Shown here one piece after another: positions 1 to 12,800 of a DNA stretch of 64,000 nt. A program made the translations under genes and the position numbers. The stretch is from contig JBLDXI010000021.1 in NCBI GenBank assembly GCA_047495785.1, positions 806,001-870,000 on the forward strand, read 5' to 3'. The stretch is from Lepidodermella squamata. Taxonomy: Eukaryota; Animalia; Gastrotricha. The notes beneath the pieces are model-generated. The model searched no databases. It was not told where the DNA came from and saw only the letters and a program-made list of their open reading frames with translations. Every line of letters begins with the position of its first letter. Position 1 is the first letter of the stretch.

Positions 1-144
1 AACAAACGTGGCAAGCAGATCACATTCTGCATTGTAGCGAGATGATCAAGTTCAACAGAAAAGCATTAACGTGGTCAGTATTCGATCAAAGTCACAGGTA
101 AATCTGTCAGCTTTGCGATAGTAAGTCTTTGAAAATGTTGGAAT

Positions 145-660
145 TTACTGGACCGAAGCGGAGAGACGCTTTTCCTCGGCAATCTCAACGGCGGTTGGAA
201 GACGGATTTTCTCTTCTGGCTCAACATGCTGCAACTTGTTGGCTTCGAAACTTTCAATCTTCTGGCGAAGTTCGGCTTCACGTTTCTCGTTTTCAATGTC
301 CTCCGGGGTAGGGAGAACGGTTTTCTCCTCAGGTTGAACCTTGTTCAAATTCTTCGCAGAAAACGATTCAATGCTGGTGCGGATTTCGATTTCACGTTTC
401 TCCGACTCGATGTCATCAACGGTTGGTAGACAGCTCTTCTCTACAGAGAGAACTGACTTGAGGGAAGGGCGTGAAGTGTGCTCAATCTCTGAGATGACAC
501 CTTCCTTGACTATTTCGGTTTTCTCCTGGATCAAATCGTCTCTGCTTGGCAACACATTTTTAATTTCGGTGGAAACTGGTCGGAGTTTCGGCTTATCAGA
601 TTCGGCAACTAGCTTAGCGATCACCTTGGCCTGTTCAGCATCAGCAGTGGTTGGTTCCAT
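145..660 (-). CDS. Multi-repeat beta-thymosin/WH2 actin-binding protein (4 repeats; ciboulot/tetrathymosin-like)
   Basis: Four ~38-aa repeats of the LxxV.xEK.xLPT.edIe.EKr type (LRPVSTEIKNVLPS, LKSVLSVEKSCLPT, LNKVQPEEKTVLPT, LQHVEPEEKIRLPT) in one uninterrupted ORF. Confidence 0.9.
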   Translation of the reverse strand: MEPTTADAEQAKVIAKLVAESDKPKLRPVSTEIKNVLPSRDDLIQEKTEIVKEGVISEIEHTSRPSLKSVLSVEKSCLPTVDDIESEKREIEIRTSIESFSAKNLNKVQPEEKTVLPTPEDIENEKREAELRQKIESFEANKLQHVEPEEKIRLPTAVEIAEEKRLSASVQ

Positions 661-1986
661 GTTTCAATGAAAAAATCTTGATTACAATAAGTTGGCTATC
701 AAAAACACATAACACATAATACAAAATAAGTATATGGAGACAATTAACAGAGGCTAAAATCTGCACCAATAAAGGATCACCGCCAACCGTCAGAATGTAG
801 AATTAAGTATCACCCATACAAAACCTTCCTATAGCCTATCATAGAACAACCCCAATTGCACGTGCGAGGTGACTAAATAGAGTCTTATGGTATAGGCGAA
901 CACATGCAAGTTCTTATTTATGTCAGCGATCATCATCAGGGTTGTTGAAAGAATAGAGGCCCTCGTCGCTTTCTGGCTCATTCGACGAAGTAATGAGGGA
1001 CACCCATCAGCATCAATGAATCAGGGATTATTCATTCTTCAATCTTCGATTTGCAGAGCGTTGATTGCCAACTGCAGAATGTATGAATATGGAATGCGCA
1101 AAGCTGGAGAAACGTTAGGGACCTTTAGTAGAAATCCGGTTCTGAACACCTGGATGACAGCGCGTAGAACAACCAACAAAGGTCGAGGGTCGAGGGTATA
1201 GGAACATTTCGCGGGCATTCAAAAACTCCGCATTAGCGACTGGGAATAACAAATAAAATATGTTTGAAAATTGAGCTGAGCAATTATGTGCACAGAAAAT
1301 TTCTTGTTGGTGAAGGTCAGGTTACGAAGGAATACAAAAATCTACGCTCGAGAGGCTCCTCCTAGCTGCTTTGAGTTTCGCGGTGCCCGCGATTCGAACG
1401 CTGTTCTGGTCGCTGGCTGTTGGCCAAAAGTCGAGTGTTCCCCATTCCTTCTTATGGTAACCGTTCATGCAATTCGATTAACAGTGATCAATCGCTTATA
1501 TTTGTTATATCACTATTCAGCAGTTCAAGGGCTGGCTTTCGACAGCGAGCATTAAATAATTAGCCGCAAGATAACTAATCAGGGCGCATAATTGATTGAT
1601 TAACCGACTCTCGACTCTAGTAATATCACACCCGATTTGGTGGTTATCTTGCGGGGAATTTTCATGTCGAATCTGATCTCTCATTAGATAATACTTATGG
1701 CGAATGCATGTTAGCGATCTGGTGACAAAACTCCCAGCTTAGGGAATAGGGAACTTCAAATTCATTTTGACTAAACGCGCATTTTCAACTTTTGAAGTCG
1801 TTATTTATCCATTTGTATGCTTTCCTCTGATCGAATGTGTTGCGGCCTAAATATATCTCTTTCCTTTGTGTGTAGCTCTTTCGAAAGACGCCTTTATTAT
1901 CCATGCGATTACTTATTTAATAACAAATATAAATTTTATGATGCTTGTTACGATACAAATATAGTATCTTATATAGCAAGATTGCA

Positions 1987-2688
1987 ATGAAGATGAAAGT
2001 TTCATTTTCTGTTCAAAAAGCCGAAAAGCGAGGGAAGCCTATTGAGCAATCATGGAAATCCGACGATGATTCCGATTCTGCTGCGCCTAGTGAAGCGCCA
2101 TTCGACTGGCATGCAATGGCAAAAGATGCTAAGCGTCAGAAATTAAATTCAGCTGATAACTCCTTCGAAAAATTGAAGAACGAAGGCGAAGATTTGGCAT
2201 CACGTGGGAAATATCCCGAGGCCATTCAATGCTTTCAACAAGCTATTATTGTTTACCGCCCAGAAGTAGATGACGTATGTCCTGTCCACGAAATGCTCGC
2301 TCAGATTTTCATCGAAACTGATAGACCGATAGATGCTATTAGCAGCGCTAGAAATGCGATTTGTCTGAGGCCAAACTGGTATATCGCCCTTCAAACCTTA
2401 GGGAGAGCGCAGCTCAATATCGGTGAAATCAAATCAGCTGTGCGATCTTTTTCCAAAGCTGCCCATTTAGCTCCATTCGATCGTGAGGTTTTCGACACCG
2501 ACTTGATTACCTCGTGGCAGCTGTTGAAGCGAAGTGTGGAGAAGCTGTCTAATCCACTTCCAGCCGTCGACTCTACCGAAGATCCCGGTAGTGATGTTTC
2601 CCAAAAATATTTCAGTGGATCATCAGCAGTTGTCCCGCCGGGTTATTCGGTCTTACGGTTACCTCAAACTGCTATTAAATATGACTGA
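1987..2688 (+). CDS. TTC33: Tetratricopeptide repeat protein 33
   Basis: LKNEGEDLA...EAIQCF...HEMLAQI...WYIALQTLGRAQLNIGEIKSAVRSF matches the TTC33 TPR core; first ATG at 1987; single exon. Confidence 0.85.
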   Translation: MKMKVSFSVQKAEKRGKPIEQSWKSDDDSDSAAPSEAPFDWHAMAKDAKRQKLNSADNSFEKLKNEGEDLASRGKYPEAIQCFQQAIIVYRPEVDDVCPVHEMLAQIFIETDRPIDAISSARNAICLRPNWYIALQTLGRAQLNIGEIKSAVRSFSKAAHLAPFDREVFDTDLITSWQLLKRSVEKLSNPLPAVDSTEDPGSDVSQKYFSGSSAVVPPGYSVLRLPQTAIKYD

Positions 2689-2745
2689 AGATAACTATTT
2701 TTACCGATAAAACTCAATTTTTTTTAGACTTGTTAACTATTTGCA

Positions 2746-5181
2746 ATGGAACCAACTGAGGCTCAAAGCGATAGTGAATTTGTGATTAATACTATCCTCT
2801 CGAGCGTCAAATCAACGGATGAAGAGTCAAATGAAGTATAGTTTTTTCAATCATTTTATTTTTCAATTAATTCTTTACATTTTCAGAAGAAATCTGCCGA
2901 TGATGTTATAGCTAAGCTTGTCAATTTCTACGAGGAACGGCTGAATCGGCAGAAAGAGCAAATGAAAGACGAGTTCATGAAACTTTTAGCCGGAAAGGAA
3001 GACATCAAATCAGATACTGCGGCTTCTATCTCAGAAAAAGCTTGCAGCGTTAGCGCTAGCTCTGAAACTTGCAGCCAATGCCCGAAGGAAAGCGTTTGCG
3101 AGTCGAGTTCAACTTCGACCGAGACACCTGCAGAGGCTTCGACGACAAACTCCGCGGCTGAAGAAGATGTGATTGAAGTCGATATTCGCCCGTCGAGTTC
3201 TCAGCCGAAAATTCCACTTCTACACCTCGGCGGTGAATTTCCTTCTTCGCCACGTAAAGATCAGGAAGCAACGCCCACAAAAGAGCCCACCCAACCGCCG
3301 TTGCATGATATGAATTCTCATGTTTTGATGATGATGATGAATATGTTAGGTGGTGTTGGCGGCGTGAATCTCTTCGGCGATAAACCTGCTGAAAATGAGC
3401 CGGAAAAGCCCGAACCTGAACGCGAAAGTGCTACCCCGAAGCCTACGGTTAATGAAAATAACGAAGAGTCGGACTGTGAGGAGGAGATCGCCGCGGCTCA
3501 GCGAGACGACAATGTTCGCCAATCGTCAGAAAACGGAAATATCCGGCCAAATACTGGGACTTCGAATAATACTGATTACGACCCGGCTAATCCTCACTTT
3601 TTGAAACCACCTTCACCTAAAATTGACATCAATAATAATAACAATCAGCGCCATTACGATATGCCGCTGAGTGGACGTAACTCGCGTCGTGATAATGGTG
3701 ACTATTTATCTCCATCAACTTCCAGCGCCTCAATTCGTGTTCAAATGTATGAAAAACATCAGAAGCAAATCGCTGATCTGAAGGCGTATTACGAGGAAGA
3801 GCTCGACGAGTTGAAGGCGAAAGTCCACCAATTAGAAGAACAACAGCAACAGCAGCAGCATCGTTCGTCGATGTTTACGTCATCGCAATTCACAAATACG
3901 ACACCCTCGCCGAATAAGAACCGGCCGATGAATTTGTTGCAAAGCGCCGAGAAAGCGGATTTAGAGCGTGAATGCGCGTCACTGCGGCTTAAGGTGGACT
4001 GGCTGGAGCAGGCTTACAAGAACGCAACTCAACGTTTGAAAGACGCCGAAGTTCAGGTGGATGAACTTGCGACTAAGCTGAGCGGCTACACGCTACGCGT
4101 CGCAGATGCTAGCGGTGAAATCGAGGAGTTGCGCAACGAATGCCGGCATAAGGACGAAGAATTAGCTAGGCTGTTATCTCGGAATAACCGCCTTATGATG
4201 GAATGTGAGGAATCAGCTCGCATGCTGCAAATTAAAGATAAAAGCCTGGCGGAATCTGACGCGATGCTCAATCGGTTAATGCGAGAGTACCAATCGATGA
4301 GTAAAGATTTCGAATCGCTCAAGGCGAAGCACGAGTCATGCGAGGGTGTTATGCAAGACTCGAAGCAGGAATTGACAAATGCGAAACGTCAAATCAACAA
4401 AATGGCGTTTGAATTCAAAAGATTGGAACATGAAAATGATTTGTTGACTAAACGCTTGCAATTAACGACTTCGTTCAACGTCGCTGAGCGGTTTTCGACT
4501 CCGCCCATTTCGACCTCGCAATCAGCGTATCAAGTCCACGCGCCGTTGAGTGCTCGCGATTATCGAGAACGGGGCCAAAACGTGGCACCGGCCGGTTTGT
4601 CGTCGAGCGAGGCTCATAATGACCGCAAATTTGGCGGCGGGAAAGTTTCGTTCGGGGCTCCTTACGCTGTTAACCAGGATGATTCGAGCGATTCGACTGA
4701 TTTAGATCGCGATAATAGCCGGGTCAATGTTACCCCGCAAAAGGTTCAAATCTACCGCGATCAGGGCACCCAGGCCGCGTCTAGGGAGGACGAATCTGTT
4801 TTGTTACGAGCTGAACGTGAACTTTTCGGCAGTAAAAAGCGGAATAGCAATGAGGGAAACAGTAAAATGTCCCCTCGAAAATCGGGTATTGCAATTAGTA
4901 CGGAATTCGGACCGAGCGGTGGGAAAAATCGTATGGCTGGTATGGTCTCAGCCACCTTGAATGGGCCGACCAATGTTGAGCAGCAGTTCGATCGACTTTT
5001 GATTGAAAAGCAAAAAGTCGAGGCCAGTTTGAACCGGCTACCAGCTGTTCCCCACAATCAAACGATTCGGGCGAATAAAGAGCTGCTGGAGCATCAGCTC
5101 GAAGATATCGAACGTCGCTTGGCTAGTCTTCGTTTTCAGCTCAAAAAGTCGCATGTGATTCGGTCGAGCCTGAATGCTTAA
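2746..5181 (+). CDS. MPHOSPH9: M-phase phosphoprotein 9-like coiled-coil protein (exons 2746-2835, 2887-5181)
   Basis: EKHQKQIADLKAYYEEEL and the C-terminal FDRLLIEKQKVEASLNRLP...LASLRFQLKKSHVIRSS match the conserved MPHOSPH9 blocks; 51-nt GT-AG phase-0 intron 2836-2886 joins the upstream ATG in frame. Confidence 0.8.
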
Positions 5182-5621
5182 AAAGCCTGCCTTAATAATT
5201 GATTAACCGAGCACTATATTATGCAATCACCTGTTCGTAAAAAGAAGCCAGAATTTTTGCCGATGTTGATGCACGCCATTTTTGCTGCTGCATTGCTATC
5301 TCTTGTGATAAAAATCTTATGCATAATTTGTTGTATCTCTTTATATTTTTCATGCTCCAATGAATTTACATTGGAGGAGTCGCCAAAAATCTGGGTAACA
5401 AAACCATGGCTTATTTCTGGTCAAGTTGAAAAAAACACTCTGTTCGTTGATTCCGTAGTGCACTTGAGGTTGTAATTTCTTAACGAATTTTTATTGACTT
5501 TTCTTATTATTTGGTTTCTTTTTCTCAGAATTTCACTTGGAATAGTATTACGTAATAAAATTGTTGGAGCACTAGTAAATTTTTGTTGTTTTTGATAGGC
5601 TAATTATTTTTGTAGCGAAAA

Positions 5622-6098
5622 ATGCCTCCAAAAAAGACCTCGATACCAGTAAGTAAGCAGGTGAAGCCGGTTTATGGGAAAGTTCAGAAGAAATCGGCGC
5701 CCTCAACACCTCGATCTCAGACATCTAAGAAGCCTATGTTACTCACCCCAGCCTCATCGACGAAAAAACCGACCCCTCAAACGCCTACAACGTCTCGGGC
5801 GCATCACTTGCCGCAAACTCCCCCTGATACCCCTTTGAAATCAGCAATTTCTGGTATACATTTTTGCGGTTTTAATAAATCCTTATTGAATAATTTTATT
5901 ATAGATTACGAAGCTGAAATTCTGCACAAGTTTGACTTCGATTGGCGTTTCGGCCCCGTTTCAGGCATTTCTCGATCTCGCCGCTATCTACGAGCCCTTC
6001 ACACAGGAGCATTCGAACCGCCTAAAATCGTCATGGAAATCATCGAACGGGTCGGACCCGAGGCTGATCGAAACATCTGGGCATCTTATCAATTTTGA
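5622..6098 (+). CDS. POLD4: DNA polymerase delta subunit 4 (p12), with a likely in-frame 51-nt intron 5854-5904
   Basis: LHKFDFDWRFGPVSGISRSRRYLRA...EPPKIV...IW is the p12 signature; AT-rich gtatac...ttatag segment 5854-5904. Confidence 0.85.
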   Translation: MPPKKTSIPVSKQVKPVYGKVQKKSAPSTPRSQTSKKPMLLTPASSTKKPTPQTPTTSRAHHLPQTPPDTPLKSAISGIHFCGFNKSLLNNFIIDYEAEILHKFDFDWRFGPVSGISRSRRYLRALHTGAFEPPKIVMEIIERVGPEADRNIWASYQF

Positions 6099-6255
6099 AT
6101 TTTTTCTAATTGTGCAAACCGGAAAAAGACAATTCTAGCCAGATTCATATATATATATTTGCTCATAGAAAAAAACGGACAAAAATGAATGCAAAATTTA
6201 TCGTTTATTTGTTTAACCTCAATTAAATTGAAAGGTGAAATAATAAAATTGCTCG

Positions 6256-7599
6256 TTATTTCCGTCTGGGTTTTTTCGCCCGTGGCGACATTTTCGTTTG
6301 AGACGTGATGTCCTTTGCGATTTGATCGCGTTTATCAACTTGATCGGCTGATTCATCGACAAGTTGATTCAAGGCAGAATTATTATTGCTGCTGCTGCAG
6401 AGGATAGCGCCGATTTTTAAGGAGGAAGTGTTGCGAGGAAGTAGCTCTTTGCGATCGACGCTGAAGTTGTGCAAAACACACGCGGCTAAAACCGCAGTTT
6501 TAATATCATCTTCGGACTCGTCACCAGTGCCCAAGGCCACAAGACGAGGGAAGCGTCTGAGTAACTGCCGATGGGCCTCGCGCACTGTCACCCCGGCAAC
6601 ATGGCTGAGGTGGCTATTGAACATTTTTTCCGCCAGTAATTGCTCTCCCGTCGCCTGCGACAAACTTCCGGCAGGGAAGCGTGCAATCAACCACGGCAGT
6701 GATTTCGCCCGTATTTGCGGGGCTAAAATATGCGAGTCGCTAGGCAACAAATCTGCGCGACTTTTTTCAGACGACAGCTTTTGAAAGATTTTCGTTTCTT
6801 GAAAAACCTTGGCCAAATCGCCAGCATCCGCGGCGATGACACATGCCGAGTCAATGAAGCGTAGCCTATGATCGACTATGCCTTGTAAATAGGCGGAACT
6901 TGACCCGAGAGATGTCCATCCTATAACGCCAACAACGCCTCTCAGGCCGAAACTTTCGCTAAACAGGCAATCGGCGTGTTTTTGAGCGGCGTCTCGCTTC
7001 GTTGGAAAATAAATTAATTGAGCCGAGACTGTAGCAATTGCCTTTAAGGCGACTTGAACAATCCTTTTCGCAGTACTTGGCGATGGCAGGTCGAAAATCT
7101 GGGCCAGACTTTCCCAGGTTTCGGTCGAGCCTAAATACCTCAGACCGATTTGAATAGTTTTCAGCGGGTCGATTCTGACGTCATCGTAAGATATCGTATT
7201 CCGCGACAAAGCACCACATCCGGTTAATAAACGTAAAAAATCGTCGATTGAACGGTTAGATATGCGAAATTCGTTGAGTTGAAGCCGCTTCTCGTCGATT
7301 TCGTCAGTTTTTAAGGCGGCAACAGGTTGCGGAATCACCATGTGTTGAGGCACGGAGTTTTGAGGCGTAAATTCGTCGCCGTTCAATTCATCTTCATCAT
7401 CCGAGGAAGATGAACTAGAAACGAGTTCGTGCAGCTCCTGGAGTCGTTTAGCGACGGCTAGGTAGTAAAGAGGCGACGAATCAAGGCACAAACCCAGGGC
7501 GAATAGTGGACTAGCTTCAATTTCCATGTCGTCAAAGGCGGATGGGGCGACGCCGGCTAATGAAGGCGGCAGCATGGTTTGAGGAATGAACCGCCTCAT
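6256..7599 (-). CDS. HARBI1-like PIF/Harbinger transposase-derived protein, catalytically degenerate
   Basis: Harbinger motifs (LRYLGS..W..LA.IF helix-turn-helix, IYFPT, GVVGVIG, LQGIVDHRLRFID, LPWLI, FNSHLS, RRFPRL, AACVLHNF) in an intact 447-aa ORF; canonical acidic catalytic positions are replaced. Confidence 0.88.
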   Translation of the reverse strand: MRRFIPQTMLPPSLAGVAPSAFDDMEIEASPLFALGLCLDSSPLYYLAVAKRLQELHELVSSSSSSDDEDELNGDEFTPQNSVPQHMVIPQPVAALKTDEIDEKRLQLNEFRISNRSIDDFLRLLTGCGALSRNTISYDDVRIDPLKTIQIGLRYLGSTETWESLAQIFDLPSPSTAKRIVQVALKAIATVSAQLIYFPTKRDAAQKHADCLFSESFGLRGVVGVIGWTSLGSSSAYLQGIVDHRLRFIDSACVIAADAGDLAKVFQETKIFQKLSSEKSRADLLPSDSHILAPQIRAKSLPWLIARFPAGSLSQATGEQLLAEKMFNSHLSHVAGVTVREAHRQLLRRFPRLVALGTGDESEDDIKTAVLAACVLHNFSVDRKELLPRNTSSLKIGAILCSSSNNNSALNQLVDESADQVDKRDQIAKDITSQTKMSPRAKKPRRK

Positions 7600-8216
7600 T
7601 TGATGTGTAAAAAAATCTAAAAATTGAATTATTACAAAATTTAACTCAAATTTTCATCAGTTTTTTACTTTCTCCTTTTGGTCTTTAAAATAAATTTTAA
7701 TTAAATTTTCGAAGCGAATATTAAGTGCGCGTGATTATTTGTTTTATAGGAGGTGTGATTTCGAGTCACGAGACGCTGACGAGTATAATCGAAGTAATAA
7801 TTAAATTATTATCATCCCTTCGTGCGGAGAGGTCGGCGCGCCAGCGAGATAACGTAATGCAATAAATATGTAACGAGAGATTTCAGTCAGAGAAGATTTT
7901 TTCCGAAAAAAACAGACTGCGCAAAAATGAGGTAAAATAGAACAGTTTCTCTGTACACGTTGAAAAGATGAGATGAGAGAAGAGAAAAATATAACATTCA
8001 ATCGAGTAGCGAAAAATGAAATTATTTCCTTTTATTTTTCGCTCTCAATTTGTTTAACAAGCACGCATTTTTACGGTTATTTCTTTCAATTCACACGTAG
8101 TTCCGAGAGATAGATCGAGAAAAATATAGATTTTTTTTTATCTAAAATAAAAATAAAACTAGAGGTTAACAAATGAAATGATAATTGCGATTTTTTCATA
8201 ATAATTTATCGAAATT

Positions 8217-9858
8217 TTAGCTATTATTAGCGCTACTGTGTAAGGCGGCGCCGAGCGATGACGCCGTTGAAAGCTTCGCGCCCACCGTCGATCTCGCTAA
8301 GGCGTGCAAATTCGACGACGGCGCCGCGCGTTTGAAGCGAGACGCCATCGCGGCGTGGCTGTGGTGCGAAAGGCCGATGTTGTTGTTGCTGCTGTGATTT
8401 GGCTGAGGCATCGAATTATTGTTGTTATTGTTGTGCGACGACGAAGAAGAAGCACTGGAAGACGCCGTTCGTTTCTCGTAGAGATCAACAAACCGTTTGA
8501 AAAGCTCCAATTTACGATTCTCCATCTCAATCACCGCGCTCATGAAACTCGACAGAGCATTGCCAACAACTTCACCCTGACCGCCGTTGTTAGCAGTGCC
8601 GTTCTGGTGATATGCGTTGCTGTTATTCGCGTTATTCACGCTCAAATCAGCGCCATTATGCGCCTCGTAGTCGTTGATAACGCTGGGGGATGTGAATTTT
8701 CGTTTCCTACGGTTAAGAAGGAGAGGACTGGCGAAGGCCCCGGCAACGGCCAGGTCGTCGTAATTCAGATCGTTAGCGCCATTCGTTTCAGTTTTCATGT
8801 CACCCGTCTCGCCGAAATCGTCAACATCGAGGTTGTTATCGAAATCGACCGGTTCACCGCCGTTGCGTTTACTGGCTATGCTATTCAGTTCCTGTTCAAA
8901 CGGCGTATCGCCTAACAGTTCTTGCAACTCGTTGAAATACGGAAATGTGATCATGGAAGTTTCAGAGCCGTTCAGCAGCCCAGCTGCTATGCGGCGTTTC
9001 TGCTCGCGAGCGCGCAGATAACGCGCTTTCATGTATCGGAATTTGTCCCAGCACTGCTTGCCGATAACTGTTATACCGTCGTAGTCGCTTAGTGCCTTCG
9101 CGATTTTGTTCCAGATTTCGGTTTTCCGGTACTTGGGATCTTCGATTTTCACGCGGAATTTTCCGTAGAGATCAAGCAGTTTCGCAATTTTTTCGCGTGT
9201 CCATTTAACCTACAAAAATGAGAAAATAAACAAATTAAAAAAACCTTATAAATCTCCTTTGAATCCCCAAAATCAGTTCCTCAAAAAGTCCAAAGTTGGT
9301 TATGGGACATTAAACTCAATCTACCAATATTATCTCAAGAATAGTGACACCCTACAAAAATAGGAATCGGAATCCTTTCTTGGGATCCATTTTTTGTCCC
9401 AATAAACGGGTCAAGGCTAATTACTAATTACTACCTATTATGTACTACAGTTTTCCTATGCGGATATATGGTTTTTAACCAACGTATAATTGTAGTCACC
9501 CCTCAGGATTTTTCGAAAATTAAGCAGCTACGACTTGGGTTTTTATTCCATTTACAAAGCTTTTGCTAAAAGTTTTAGGTACCTGCGAAATTCCCTGTCC
9601 ATCCTCGCCACTAAGCAAGTCGCTGTCGAAATCAGCGCCTGCGCTTGATAGGCCGCCACTGCCGCCGCCGACAGTCGTCGTTAGGTCGTTGTCGGAGCCG
9701 TTGAACGGCGAGCTGTTGCGAACGATACCGTTGCCGCCGAGGTGGTGGCGTGCCGCTGAAACTGAACCGCCGTTAACAACAGGCATGCCGGAGCTGAGAT
9801 CGAGAACGCTTTCGTCGAGTTGCGATGCAGCGAATTGTTTACCGCCAGATTTAAACAT
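8217..9858 (-). CDS. Myb/SANT-like (trihelix/MADF-type) DNA-binding protein (exons 9858-9583, 9209-8217; ~422 aa)
   Basis: VKWTREKIAKLLDLY...EIWNKIAKAL...QCWDKFRYMKARY...FPYFNELQELLG, an NLS-like RRKRK and a C-terminal helix; phase-0 intron 9582-9210 (GT...AG). Confidence 0.85.
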
Positions 9859-12800
9859 TTAGAACATTGATCGGAAATGCGCGCACAGTTTCAAGTTCAA
9901 TCCGCCTTAATTATTGTAATCTCCGGCTTCGAAAAATAGCGCGTCTAATTAATTAAGGTGGACCTATTATATTAATAAAAGACAAAAAAATGATGTTTTT
10001 TCTGCGCGGCTTTGTTTTTGTAGCGATGAGTAGTATTGGGGCGGGGTTGATGATGTTGAGTAAGAGGGGGCGCTTTGGTCACAAAACAACACGAACAACA
10101 TAACAACAACAAGGAAACAAAAATAAGTCGGTCTATCTGCTATCATCGCTCTCTCTATCTTATTTTTGCGAGTCAACAGTTTTTGCTGCTCGGATGCTTT
10201 TTGTGCGCCGCCGTCTCTAGTCGAGTGTTGAGGATGCGGAAAACTAACTCGCTATAGCAGCAGCAGCCTAGACGACAAGAGAGAAGAAGGAACGACGACT
10301 TATTGTATTAATGCACGCGCGGCAAAAAGCGAGCGCGGAGGGCGGAATAAAAAGGTGGCGTGTTGGCTGGTTATGGCGCGGCGCGCGACACAACATGGTG
10401 CGGTTCATCGTCATCGTCGTTGTTTGACTAAGAAGAAAACGTGCGCTCATATAGTACGCCCCACTCCGCGCACGGTTCCAAGATGATGATGATGATGATG
10501 GCGAATGGCAGTGATGATGAAGTCATCGTGAGAGGTGCAAGTAAGCACGGCGGCATTCTCTTCCTATATCGCGTATAAAAAAGAGCGAATAGCAGCGACA
10601 CGACGTTAAACGGGTTTGGTTATGCGCGGCGGGCGCGGTTTTTCTCTTATCTACTACTACTGATGCTTGTTTTTCAGAGTCGCGAGCGGTGGCGAGAGCA
10701 CCGACTTCCTTACCTGTACCTTACTAGGTCTCTATTGTAATAACGCGCTCGCTCGCACAGTAAATCTGAGGGAGCGGGAATAGCTGATGGTAGAAAAATA
10801 ACTATATATTATACAAGAAAAAAGCAGCACAAAAGGCGAACGATGACGGCGCAAGATACACACGTAGTACACTCGACAATGGTAACGAGAGTGGCGGAAA
10901 AACGAATAGTTAGACATGAGGTAGTAGCTCGGCAGCAAAACAAAAAGAGCGACCGTGTCTTTTTTGCCTACTACTACTACTACTACTACCCCTGATCATA
11001 AGCGCGTAGAAATATACCAAGTCACGCATCTCACACGGCTCTTCCTGGTACAAATATTTTCGCCAGGCCCAGCCCCATTTGGTGCACGTTGATAATGATG
11101 ATGATGAGTCGCGAGCGCGAGCTCGGTCTCTCGCGCATGCAAAATAATTGTTGTTAATTGTTGTTGTGCACACAGGTAGAGGAAAAAAGTGCGAGACGGC
11201 GACGAAAATACAAATAGGTCAACAGATGTGCGCGCAAAAAATATCGCGTGAGATAGGAAATATCTGCCGATCCAATGATGACGATGACGATGATGATAAT
11301 GATGGAACCAGCGATGCGCAATGTAATAAAAATACGACGGGAAAAATTATTTTGTTTAATACAACCGCCACAAAAACAACAGAGGAGTCGATGATTTCTC
11401 GCTCGCGCGCGAAAAACAAAAAGATGATATATTACACCCGCTATTGTTGTAGAGCGATTGAAAAACGAATTGGATAAGAAAAATTGCGCCGCTCGTGTGC
11501 GATGAACAACAACAGCAGTCCCGTCATGTGCGATTTGTGTCGCGCGGCAAAATCATCATCATTGCCGTCGTCAACAATAACAACAAGAAAAACAGCGCGC
11601 CGAACACAACAGGATATCGGCGAGCGATGAGTACAATTTTTCGTTATGTTTTCAGGCGGTGCGACTAAATTTCAGCGGCAAAAATAAACATTATATTGCT
11701 TACAGAAAATAACACTGTAATAAAGCATGACGTTGTGAGCCTTTGTGCGCCCGTGTTGAGGAATAACGTTTTTAATTTTCTTCAATATAAGTATAACTCA
11801 GATCACAAAAACAAGGCGAAGTTATTCTTATACACAGCGCATGATGATTGGTTTTATAGTTTTAATAGGAAAAATTGCGATTTATTTTTCGTCGTCGTCG
11901 CGCGCGACTACTTAACTATTGTTGTTCAAGTGATGTAGAAGGAAAAAAAGTCGTCGCGGAATAAAATGAAAATATACGTATTGAGCGCGAACTTGTTGTT
12001 TTTGCGTCGACTTGCGCACGATGCGCCGCGCCGCCTTTTTTAATTCGAGACTCGCGCTTTGAAAGTATAAGAAACAATAATAGTATAAGGCGAAGAATAA
12101 CAGCAGAAAAACTCGAAATGCTCTTCACTCGTCGCGCCGCTTTCTCGGCGGTGGCCGTGTTTTATACTTGAGCGGGCGATGAATACTTCTTCGCACGACT
12201 CGCGCCCCCAATATATTAATGTCAAACTGCTCGCGCACAACATTGTTGTCGCTTTTTTTCTGGCAGTACATCTCCTTCCTTTTCATCTCCTCCCGGCGCA
12301 TTTTTCAATCGATCTCCTCTCTAGGGCTAAGTATAATGCAATATAGTAGGCGCGGTCTTTTTTCACTAGGCTTCACGGCGCAACAAACTGCTGTCGTCAA
12401 AAACATGCGATGAGTATATATCAAACAAGCGTGTGCGATGCGAAAATAATGTGACAGGCGCGCGCAAGTCAATTGACGGCGCAAAGAAGTGTGTAGTATA
12501 AACTTGGCAGCGAGGCGCGTCGATGCACAGCAGAAGCTTGTCGTCGTCGTCGTCGCGCGCGATTGACATAAACACATGCGATTCAAGTGCGCCATTATAT
12601 GCGAGCGCCGCTCTCTCTCTCTCTCGCGCCGTCGCCGTTGTGATGTTTGTTGTGAACGAACGGCGCGGCGGCGCCACAGAGGGCCGATTCTTTCATGCGA
12701 TTACCGGCGGCATGCGTGAAAAAAATATATCGCTGCGCAGCAATTGATTACACGATTGTGTGTGCGTGTGTGTGTACAAGGGAGCGCAAAAACAACAACT

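Noticed and set aside
6256-9858. Active autonomous Harbinger transposon
   Set aside because: Catalytic motifs are degenerate, no TIRs or TWA duplication are visible, and the gene is packed tightly against POLD4.
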